A program made the translations under genes and the position numbers. This document shows, in pieces, positions 43,393 to 51,568 of a stretch of 64,000 bases of DNA. The stretch comes from an uncultured Bacteroidota bacterium. GTDB lineage: Bacteria; Bacteroidota; Bacteroidia; UKL13-3. How positions within the stretch are numbered: the stretch's first letter is position 1; each line of letters opens with the position of its first letter. Below the pieces are notes generated by a model, which worked only from the letters and a program-made list of their open reading frames with translations, did no database searches and was not told where the DNA came from. The stretch is taken from positions 64,599 to 128,598 of the forward strand of contig CAINMV010000009.1 in NCBI GenBank assembly GCA_903850915.1. The letters are read 5' to 3'.

Positions 43393-43683
43393 ATGTATAA
43401 GAGGTATCACTATTTAATCGCAGTTCTGTTTTTTTCATCTACTGTGGTTTCTATGATAAAGTTCGATTCTATCAATCCATCGTTGTGGGCATTATGCGCA
43501 TACTTGTATCTTTTTAAGGCGGATCCATCCAAAGGAATAAGAGCGAAGTTCTTCACCACCATTAATCTACTGGGCATACTTTTTGGATACATTCTACTTC
43601 TTTACCAAATTGTATCAAACCCGATTCACAAACAGGTAAGTAAGGATGAGATTTATGGTTTAACAATTCAGCAGGGAAAATGA
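43393..43683 (+). CDS. small hypothetical membrane protein (96 aa)
   Basis: ORF track only. Three hydrophobic segments. Coding status uncertain. Confidence 0.2.
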   Translation: MYKRYHYLIAVLFFSSTVVSMIKFDSINPSLWALCAYLYLFKADPSKGIRAKFFTTINLLGILFGYILLLYQIVSNPIHKQVSKDEIYGLTIQQGK

Positions 43684-43758
43684 CAATAACTTTCCTAGTT
43701 TCTTTCACTTATTGAGGTTAGCTGCATTAAGTTTGCAATAAAAAGAATCGATATAACG

Positions 43759-43793
43759 CAAAAAAAATCGCTCCGAATTGGAGCGATTTTTTT
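43759..43793. terminator. bidirectional rho-independent terminator
   Basis: A8-TCGCTCC-GAATT-GGAGCGA-T9 perfect hairpin with A-run and T-run flanks, between convergent genes. Confidence 0.6.
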
Positions 43794-43811
43794 TATTGAA
43801 TAGTTCGAAAA

Positions 43812-46800
43812 TTAATTTAGAGTATAACGAATTCCAAATTGCATTTGCCAAACATCCTCTAATAAAAAACGAGGCTTTGTTACTGTTGTAGGCAACACCC
43901 CAGTTTGATTGTCAATTTGCATTTGATAAACAGGTTGATTTGTTAAAGCATCACGTTTTACAAACTTTAGCGGCACGTTATTCACTACTGAATTTCCAAC
44001 ACCCCAAGTTTTATTAATTAAGTTACCTAGGTTGTAAACATCAGCATGTATTTGAAGGTTGTGCTTGGTGTTTTTTACATGTATACCATAGTTTTGAGCA
44101 TAGCTTAAGTCGATGGTAGTAAACATTTTTAGAAGAGCACCATTACGTTCAGCATATTTCCCTCTATTAGACTTAAGATAATCGTTGCTATTTATTAAGT
44201 TGTCAAGGGCTGTTTGTTGGTCAGCAGCTGTATATGTTTTTGTGCCAACAGTTAATGGATTAAATTGCAAGTCAGAGGCTTTTGCTGGAACAAACATCAA
44301 ATCATTATTGCTAATTTGATCGCCGTTGATGTCTCCATTGATTATGAATGAATATCTTCCTTGGCTTCCACTTTGAAAGAACAATCCAAAGGTTTGAGAG
44401 AAATCTTTGGTATGCTCATGTGTATAAGAAAGTGCCGCAATAATACGGTGTCTTTGGTCAAAGTCTGAATAGGCTAAAGTAGGTGAGTTGTTTCCATTTA
44501 CAGTTAAATTTCCAGCCCAAGATGAATAAGCAATAGAGCTTGCACTTGTTAAGTCTTTTGCGCTAGCAAAGTTGTATGCAGCCATCAGATAAAGTCCTTT
44601 CTTAAAGGTCTTTTCTAGTTTCGCAGTAACAGACATCGACGAACCAGCGTTGTTGCTTCGTAAAACGGTAGCGTCATTTATCGATTTGTTGATTTTGTTC
44701 GTGTCGTTTTTGTTAGCCGCTGTAGCAACTAAATTGCCATAATAAGGTCGGGTATCAACACCTGCATAGTTTCCAACAGTTGGCTTAAGATTGGCATTGA
44801 TATAGTAAACGGCATTAACATTTTTGCTAAAAATGCCTTCTAATGTTGCAACAATTCCGAACGGTAATTTCGCATCAACAGCAATATTATTTCTCCATAA
44901 TTGAGGGAATTTGTATTTGTCATCTACCACCGCAATGTTATATGTTGCAGGCAATGAAGCTGTTGCAGGAATGTATTTATTAACATTTGGGCTAAATTGA
45001 TATGCTGTTGTGTTGTTAATATTAATGGCTCCAGTTAATACTCCATTGTTTCCTACTTGATTTGATATATAAACAAATGGAGGTGTTCCGCTAAATAATC
45101 CTGTTCCGCCTCTAATTTGCAGCGAACGGTCGCCTTTTACATTCCAATTGAATCCTAATCGTGGTGAAATCAAGATGTTAGTTCCTGGAAGTTTATCTGT
45201 ATGAAGTGCCATTGACGCACCTGTTTCATCCATGAATTTCAATGTATCCACTTTTGGATTGTTTAGCGCAGTGTTTCCATACATTGGAATGTCAAAACGT
45301 ATTCCTCCAGTTAATTTAAGTTTTTTAGTTACATTATACTCATCTTGAATGTATATTCCTGGATAGTTAACTTTGGTCGTTGCAGTTGGTAATGCATTGT
45401 TGGCCAGCGCTGAATATGTAAGTTGATATTGACGCACAGAAACAACGCCTCCAGTTGTATCACCATTTGCCGATTTGTAAAAGTCGTTAAGTGAGTTGAA
45501 AGCAAAGTTTCCATAATAGCGAGGCGTAAATGTATTCTCAAATTTGTAAGATTGGAAATTTATGCCTGCAGTAATAGTATGTTTTTTGAAGTATTTGGTG
45601 AAGTTATCTTGGAATTGAATAATATCGGTATTCAAGCGGTTGTTCGGAGTGAATAGTTCATAACCAAAGGAAGTCAATGTTTTTCCACCTGATAAAATAT
45701 CTACAAATGGGAAGGGTGTTTCTTCACGTGATGATCGGAAATCGCGCATGGCTGTATAGCCAACTTGAACTGAATTGGTCATGCTATTGCCGATTGTTGT
45801 ATTTAATTCACCTATCACAGAAATTAGGTTGTTGTTAATAATATAGTTAGCGTTTTGGAAAGGTAGTGCATCTGTATTATTAGAACGATTTCCACTAATT
45901 ACACCGCTATTACTCAATGGAACTTCACGAGATGAGGTTAAGCTGTTATATCTAACACTTACACGATTGTTTTTGTTTACGTTCCAATCTAATTTGGCCA
46001 AAAATTTATTACTTTGTGTTAGCAATGAATAATTTTCGTACTTCCCAGCATCATAACCATATTTATTTAATAGGAAGTCATGTAATGAGTCTAATGTTGC
46101 TGCAGAAACTCTTGTAACGTTTGATCCCGACAATCCTGGACGTGCCGCTACATATTGAGTAGCAGGGTCGCTACGACGCTCAAATTCACCATTTACAAAG
46201 AAGAATAATTTGTTTTTAATAATTGGTCCTCCTAAACGGAATCCTGTTTGGTTTACACTGAATTTATTACTGGTTATCGTGTTTTCACCTGCATAGCGTC
46301 CAACCATAGACTCATTTCTTGAGTTTCTGAAAATCGATCCTTCAATTTTGTTTGTTCCTGAGCGTGTTACTGTGTTAATTCCAGCACCAGTAAATCCGTT
46401 GTAACGAATATCAAATGGAGCTAAGTTAACTTGAATTTCTTGTATCGCATCTAAAGATATTGGCGTCGAGTTGGTTTGTCCTCCTGGAGCAGAAGCCAAG
46501 CCGAAACTGTTGTTAAATACCGAACCATCGATAGTTAAGTTATTATAACGGCTATCCTGACCAGCGAAGGAAATACCTGCGCCTGCAGTAGAAGCTACTG
46601 AGCTTGAACGTCCTTGCGGTGTTAAACGTAGGAAGTCATATAAGCTTCTATTAATTGTAGGTAATGTTTGAAGCTGTTCTTTGCTGATGTTTGTAGATGC
46701 TCCAGTTCTTTTGTCGTTAAGCAAGCTGTTCTTGTCAGCAAAAATTTCAGCTTCTTTCAAGTTTACCGTGTTTTCCGAAAGTGTGAAATTCGCTTCATAA

Positions 46801-47105
46801 GCTTGGCCTAGGCTTAAAAAAACATTCTCAAGCTTTTGAGTTTGCATACCAAGATAAGTTACAGTAACGGTGTAAGGACCGCCAATACGAAGTGACGGTA
46901 AATTGTAAGAACCATCATTACGGCTAGTGTTTCCAGAAATACTTCCGGATGGTGTGTGAACGGCAGTAATAATAGCTCCAATTACAGGCGCTCCTTTACT
47001 GTCGTTAATGTTTCCAAACATGGAAGACGAGGTTGCATTCTGGCCGAAGCTGAATGCCACATTAAAGATTAAAATTAAGGTTAGTAAACGTTTTAATAAA
47101 TGCAT
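43812..47105 (-). CDS. TonB-dependent receptor (1097 aa, CarbopepD_reg N-domain, SusC-like size) without adjacent SusD
   Basis: Signal peptide, GAIITAVHTPSGSISGNTSRNDGSYNL domain, plug and barrel, C-terminal ...FGIRYTLN. Confidence 0.8.
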   Translation of the reverse strand: MHLLKRLLTLILIFNVAFSFGQNATSSSMFGNINDSKGAPVIGAIITAVHTPSGSISGNTSRNDGSYNLPSLRIGGPYTVTVTYLGMQTQKLENVFLSLGQAYEANFTLSENTVNLKEAEIFADKNSLLNDKRTGASTNISKEQLQTLPTINRSLYDFLRLTPQGRSSSVASTAGAGISFAGQDSRYNNLTIDGSVFNNSFGLASAPGGQTNSTPISLDAIQEIQVNLAPFDIRYNGFTGAGINTVTRSGTNKIEGSIFRNSRNESMVGRYAGENTITSNKFSVNQTGFRLGGPIIKNKLFFFVNGEFERRSDPATQYVAARPGLSGSNVTRVSAATLDSLHDFLLNKYGYDAGKYENYSLLTQSNKFLAKLDWNVNKNNRVSVRYNSLTSSREVPLSNSGVISGNRSNNTDALPFQNANYIINNNLISVIGELNTTIGNSMTNSVQVGYTAMRDFRSSREETPFPFVDILSGGKTLTSFGYELFTPNNRLNTDIIQFQDNFTKYFKKHTITAGINFQSYKFENTFTPRYYGNFAFNSLNDFYKSANGDTTGGVVSVRQYQLTYSALANNALPTATTKVNYPGIYIQDEYNVTKKLKLTGGIRFDIPMYGNTALNNPKVDTLKFMDETGASMALHTDKLPGTNILISPRLGFNWNVKGDRSLQIRGGTGLFSGTPPFVYISNQVGNNGVLTGAININNTTAYQFSPNVNKYIPATASLPATYNIAVVDDKYKFPQLWRNNIAVDAKLPFGIVATLEGIFSKNVNAVYYINANLKPTVGNYAGVDTRPYYGNLVATAANKNDTNKINKSINDATVLRSNNAGSSMSVTAKLEKTFKKGLYLMAAYNFASAKDLTSASSIAYSSWAGNLTVNGNNSPTLAYSDFDQRHRIIAALSYTHEHTKDFSQTFGLFFQSGSQGRYSFIINGDINGDQISNNDLMFVPAKASDLQFNPLTVGTKTYTAADQQTALDNLINSNDYLKSNRGKYAERNGALLKMFTTIDLSYAQNYGIHVKNTKHNLQIHADVYNLGNLINKTWGVGNSVVNNVPLKFVKRDALTNQPVYQMQIDNQTGVLPTTVTKPRFLLEDVWQMQFGIRYTLN

Positions 47106-47434
47106 ATAAAAAGGGGTTTAGAGTGAGTTTGCTTTTGATAATTTAACAATATGAACTTTATTTAAAGGATGCAAAAATAGATACCTTGAGTTCTCAAATA
47201 GTTAACATAGTTTTAATTTAATAAGACCAAAATGTGTCGCTAGTGTTAATAAAAAAATGTTGTTTCATCACCTTCATTTTACTTGAAAACAAAATTATGT
47301 TTCCTGTTTTATGGTCAAAATGAATTTGGGTGAATTTATTAACATTTTATTCGCATTTAAGTTTTTTGCTTCCCAAGAAAATTTAACTGAGTGTTTAAAT
47401 TGCCTTTACAATGCCTTTATAACAGGTAACTTAT

Positions 47435-48289
47435 TTGCGTTATTTATTTAACGTGATGGATAAAAGGGAAATCGAAATTGTTGTAGTGTCTGATGTTCAT
47501 TTAGGTACTTACGGTTGCCATGCCATGGAACTAAACATTTATCTCAATTCCATAAAGCCTAAAATTCTGGTTTTAAATGGCGACATCATAGATTTCTGGC
47601 AATTCAGCAAGTCGTATTTTCCAGATTCGCACATTCGAATCATTACAACCATTTTAAAGCTAATCGAAAATGGAACCACAGTTTATTATATCACAGGTAA
47701 TCATGATGAAAAACTTAGAAGTTTCACAAACTTACATCTTGACAAGTTAATTCTAACGGATAAGTTAATTATGAATGTTGATGGGAAGTCAATGTGGTTT
47801 TTCCATGGCGACATTTTTGATTTTACCATGAAGCATGCGAAGTGGTTGGCCAAAGTTGGAGGGAAAGGGTATGATGCTTTAATTGTGTTTAATAGAATTG
47901 TGAATTATATATCCATGAAAATTGGACGTGGTAGGATTTCACTTTCAAAAAAGATAAAAGATGGAGTGAAGTCTGCCGTTTCTTTCATCTCTGATTTTGA
48001 AGAAACGGTAATCGAGCTGGCATTGGAGCAAAACTTTGATTATGTGCTTTGCGGTCACATTCATTCTCCAGTCATAAAAAACATAAAAAGAGAGGGGCGA
48101 GAGCTCGTGTATTTAAATTCAGGTGATTGGATAGAAAACTTAACAGCGCTAGAGTACAAAGATAAAATTTGGCGGATATTTCGATTTCATGATGAAGTAG
48201 AGCAAACGAATACTCCGCAAAAGGCAAATAGACAAAAGGAGGTGAAGAAAGAGTTGGAAACGATACAATTAAATTCAAACAAATTCTAA
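47435..48289 (+). CDS. LpxH-family metallophosphoesterase (UDP-2,3-diacylglucosamine diphosphatase-like)
   Basis: VVSDVHLG...LVLNGDIIDFW...ITGNHDE...CGHIH calcineurin-like motifs arranged as in LpxH. Confidence 0.55.
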   Translation: MRYLFNVMDKREIEIVVVSDVHLGTYGCHAMELNIYLNSIKPKILVLNGDIIDFWQFSKSYFPDSHIRIITTILKLIENGTTVYYITGNHDEKLRSFTNLHLDKLILTDKLIMNVDGKSMWFFHGDIFDFTMKHAKWLAKVGGKGYDALIVFNRIVNYISMKIGRGRISLSKKIKDGVKSAVSFISDFEETVIELALEQNFDYVLCGHIHSPVIKNIKREGRELVYLNSGDWIENLTALEYKDKIWRIFRFHDEVEQTNTPQKANRQKEVKKELETIQLNSNKF

Positions 48290-48299
48290 ATCTAAAATC

Positions 48300-49313
48300 A
48301 TGAATGTACTTTTTGCCATTCAAGGCACTGGCAATGGCCATTTAAGCAGAGCCAAAGAAATAATACCATATTTGTTGAAATATGCGAATGTGGATTTATT
48401 GGTAAGCGGAACTCAATCACAAATTGAGATGCCATATATTATTAAATACAAAAAACGGGGTATTTCATTTTCTCCAGGAAAAGGCGGTGGCATCGATTAC
48501 TACGATACTATCAAGAGCTTTAAGCCGTTTAATTTTCATAAGGATATTGTACAACTTCCGGTTGAGAATTATGATTTAGTACTTAATGATTTTGAGCCAA
48601 TTTCAGCTTGGGCCTGTAAGCTAAAAAGAAAAAGATGTATTGCAATTAGTCATCAAGCCTCTTTCTTATCGAGGGCAACGCCAAGACCTGAACAGAAAAA
48701 TTTATTTTGTGAAAAGCTCTTTAAACATTACGCACCTTGTTCTGATTATGTTGGATTTCATTTTCAGAAATATGATCAATTTATTAAGACACCCATCATT
48801 AGAAGTGATGTGCGAAATCTGGAGATTGCAAATGGCAGTCATGTCACCGTTTATCTCCCAGCCTTCAGTCACACAATTTTAATCCCTTTCTTAGAGAAAA
48901 CAACCAATGTTACTTGGGAGGTTTTTAGTAAGGAAGTCAAGGAAGAAATAATTCTTCCCAATATACGCATTATGCCAATCACCAACGAAGGCTATCTTAA
49001 AAGCTTGGCAAGCAGTCAAGGACTTTTAACAGGTGGTGGTTTTGAAGGTCCTGCAGAGGCAACATACCTGCAAAAAAAGGTGATGATGATTCCAATTGCA
49101 GGCCATTATGAACAGCAATGCAATGCCGTTGCGTTTAAGCAGCTGGGTGGCACAGTAGTGAAAGATATTAATCATGATTTTCGAGTGAAGTTAAATCAAT
49201 GGTTAACTTTCATTGAGCCTGTAAAGTTAAGCTTTCCAGATATCACAGCCGAAATTGTCTATCATATTCTAGAGTCGAAGTCAGCAACTCCAGCATTGGC
49301 TTTTCACTATTGA
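48300..49313 (+). CDS. glycosyltransferase of the MurG-like / MJ1255 (GT-B) family
   Basis: N-terminal FAIQGTGNGHLSRAKEI, C-terminal LLTGGGFEGPAEA nucleotide-sugar-binding-like motif. 11 bp after the upstream gene. Confidence 0.45.
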   Translation: MNVLFAIQGTGNGHLSRAKEIIPYLLKYANVDLLVSGTQSQIEMPYIIKYKKRGISFSPGKGGGIDYYDTIKSFKPFNFHKDIVQLPVENYDLVLNDFEPISAWACKLKRKRCIAISHQASFLSRATPRPEQKNLFCEKLFKHYAPCSDYVGFHFQKYDQFIKTPIIRSDVRNLEIANGSHVTVYLPAFSHTILIPFLEKTTNVTWEVFSKEVKEEIILPNIRIMPITNEGYLKSLASSQGLLTGGGFEGPAEATYLQKKVMMIPIAGHYEQQCNAVAFKQLGGTVVKDINHDFRVKLNQWLTFIEPVKLSFPDITAEIVYHILESKSATPALAFHY

Positions 49314-49347
49314 GGAACTTTCAACATTGCAAAATGTAAGATATGCA

Positions 49348-49445
49348 GTTTTTTGCCATGTTTTTCAAAGTCAATGATGGCTTAGCATTCACTTCCATTT
49401 CCTTACATAGATATGCCACAATACCTTTGCCAAATCGCGGGTGTT
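49348..49445 (-). pseudogene. decayed ~98-bp copy of the 3' end of the UvrD-family helicase gene (matches 51614..51708, ~85% id, with indels)
   Basis: Direct nucleotide comparison within the window. Compare ...tttttgccatgtttttcaaagtcaatgatggcttagcattcacttcc... with ...tttttgccatattgttcaaagtcgatgatggctttgcgttcacttcc.... Confidence 0.7.
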
Positions 49446-49481
49446 TAACTATATAATCCAGTTCCTTATATAACTTGTAAT

Positions 49482-49815
49482 GAGCGATCGCCTTTTACAT
49501 TCCAATTGAACACCATTGTGGTGAAATTAAGATGTTAGTTCCTGGAAGTTTATCCTTATGAAGTGCCATTGACGCACCTGTTTCATCCATGAATTTCAAT
49601 GTGTTCACTTTTGGATTGTTTAGCGCAGTGTTTCCATACATTGGAATGTCAAAACGTATTCCTCCAGTTAATTTAAGTTTTAAGTTACATTGTACTCATC
49701 TTGAATATAAATCTAGGATAATTTTTTTGCAATTGCTTTTGGCAAATCATGGTTTGCTAGTGCCGAATAAGTTAGTTGTTATTGACGCACAGAAACTACG
49801 CCACCTTTAGTAGTG
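49482..49815 (-). pseudogene. decayed ~335-bp copy of an internal segment of the TonB-dependent receptor gene (matches 45122..45473; first ~230 bp ~93% id, then diverged with indels)
   Basis: Direct nucleotide comparison within the window (cgccttttacattccaattgaa...gttagttcctggaagtttatc...gtttccatacattggaatgtcaaaacgtattcctccagttaatttaag). Confidence 0.75.
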
Positions 49816-49832
49816 CCATTTGTGATAAGAAA

Positions 49833-50795
49833 TCACCACCTGTATTTTATCCAAGATGCTTGCTTTGCTTTGGTAAAGAAGGTCCAGGCAATAAATCGGC
49901 TAGTTTTATTGCCCTGATGCATGGTAACTGTTTTGACTTCTTGAACATCAACACTTTCTAATTTGTTGTAAAAGTTTTTTAAATTGTATTCTTTGGAGAC
50001 TAATGTCGAATACCAAAGGCAAGAATTTGAAAATTTTTTGCTTTGGGAAATCATGGTTTCAATAAATGTAATTTCACCCCCTTCGCACCAAAGTTCTTTC
50101 GCTTGTCCACCGAAATTCAAAGATGTATCTCTTGTTTTTTTCTGGTTTAGATTATTTAATTTACGAATGTTTCCTGCCCTAGCTTCTATTTCAGAGGCAT
50201 GAAAAGGAGGGTTGCAAATGCTAAGGTCGAAATATTCATCGGGTTGTATGACGCCTTCAAAAATATCCTCGGGGTTGGCCTGTAGGCGAAAGGCTACCTT
50301 GCCTCTTAAAGTCTCGTTCTTGGCAACAATCATGGATGCAGACTCAATAGCTTCTTTTGCAATATCAGAACCTACAAAGGTCCAGCCCAGCATTGCATTT
50401 CCGAGTATTGGATAAATACAATTGGCTCCAACACCAATATCTAAACATCTTATTTTATTTCCATTGGGTATCTTACTATGATTGCTGCTTCCTAGCATGT
50501 CAGCAAGGTATAGGAGATGATCTGCTCTGCCTGGAATGGGCGGACATAAATACCCTGTCGGTATACTCCAAAAATTAATATCGTAATAATATCGTAGCAA
50601 AGCTTTATTAAGAGTCATTACTGCTTCTGCGTTCGAAAAATCAATGGATGCATCACCGTATGGATTAGGTTTTACAAATGCAGTCAGCTCCTCGCAATGT
50701 TGAATGAGTGCCTTGAAATCATAAGGTTGACGATGCTTGTTGAGAGGATGTAAATTGGTTTTCTCATTTGGATGCGCCTTTTTTTCTTGCAACAT
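49833..50795 (-). CDS. rlmF: 23S rRNA (adenine1618-N6)-methyltransferase
   Basis: 320 aa. RlmF-like N-terminus (LHPLNKHRQPYDF...) and NPPF catalytic motif (DLSICNPPFHAS). Confidence 0.7.
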   Translation of the reverse strand: MLQEKKAHPNEKTNLHPLNKHRQPYDFKALIQHCEELTAFVKPNPYGDASIDFSNAEAVMTLNKALLRYYYDINFWSIPTGYLCPPIPGRADHLLYLADMLGSSNHSKIPNGNKIRCLDIGVGANCIYPILGNAMLGWTFVGSDIAKEAIESASMIVAKNETLRGKVAFRLQANPEDIFEGVIQPDEYFDLSICNPPFHASEIEARAGNIRKLNNLNQKKTRDTSLNFGGQAKELWCEGGEITFIETMISQSKKFSNSCLWYSTLVSKEYNLKNFYNKLESVDVQEVKTVTMHQGNKTSRFIAWTFFTKAKQASWIKYRW

Positions 50796-50906
50796 TTATT
50801 TTTTATTGGATTAGGTTGATATTTGATTTATGGAAAATAATTGTAGTGCATTTTTACACTATAAGGAGATGCTCGTTTTCCACGTTAATGATCAAAAATA
50901 ACAAGA

Positions 50907-51365
50907 TTACATTTTACGACACCATTTTATTTTTACAGCACTTAGGATATCGGTTTCAATTCTTAAATGTTTTAAAATTTCAAATTCGTTTTTGATGTAA
51001 AAGGGTAGCGGAGATACGTAGGCTGTTCCATTTTGCTTTTGATAATTATCGTGGTCTATGACCCATCCAAAAAGTATTTTATTTTCGTCTTTTAGTGTCT
51101 TCAATAATATTCTTCCAAGTCCTTGGCCTTGATGTTTCGAATGCACTATAATTGAAAACCGAACTTCATTTTCTTTTTCAAAATCAACAGCCCATGCAAT
51201 CACTTTTTGATGGATCTCTTCAATAATATAATAGTTGTAGTTTTCAACATCATTTAATAAAGTTGAAAATCGGCCTTTCAATTTTATCGGGTATTCGTTA
51301 TCCCATAATTCATTGATTTGATCTTCTTGATTTTGAGATAATGTTTTAGTTTTAATGACATTCAT
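50907..51365 (-). CDS. GNAT family N-acetyltransferase
   Basis: 152 aa. HQGQGLGRILL acetyl-CoA binding motif. Confidence 0.65.
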   Translation of the reverse strand: MNVIKTKTLSQNQEDQINELWDNEYPIKLKGRFSTLLNDVENYNYYIIEEIHQKVIAWAVDFEKENEVRFSIIVHSKHQGQGLGRILLKTLKDENKILFGWVIDHDNYQKQNGTAYVSPLPFYIKNEFEILKHLRIETDILSAVKIKWCRKM

Positions 51366-51568
51366 TTTTGATGATGTAGGCTATGCGAAACCAAAATCAG
51401 ATCTTGAATTAAGTCTTTTCACGACCAATAAATCGCTTACGGCTTAATAAAAAATTAATGGCTCTTCCAATATTCTTATTCAAGGAGCATAATTTTGTTC
51501 ATTGGCATTTTGTATTAATCGTATCCGAATTGGTTTTTGTTGGGCCAATTGGGTTAAAGGAAGCGATT

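Noticed and set aside
47105-47435. 330-bp AT-rich spacer upstream of the 1097-aa TonB receptor, checked for a cobalamin riboswitch
   Set aside because: No GC-rich B12 box-like element and no conserved stems. Looks like an ordinary divergent promoter region.
49589-49810. 73-aa plus-strand ORF (and 49776-49961)
   Set aside because: Reads the antisense of the decayed TonB-receptor-derived fragment. Not an independent gene.
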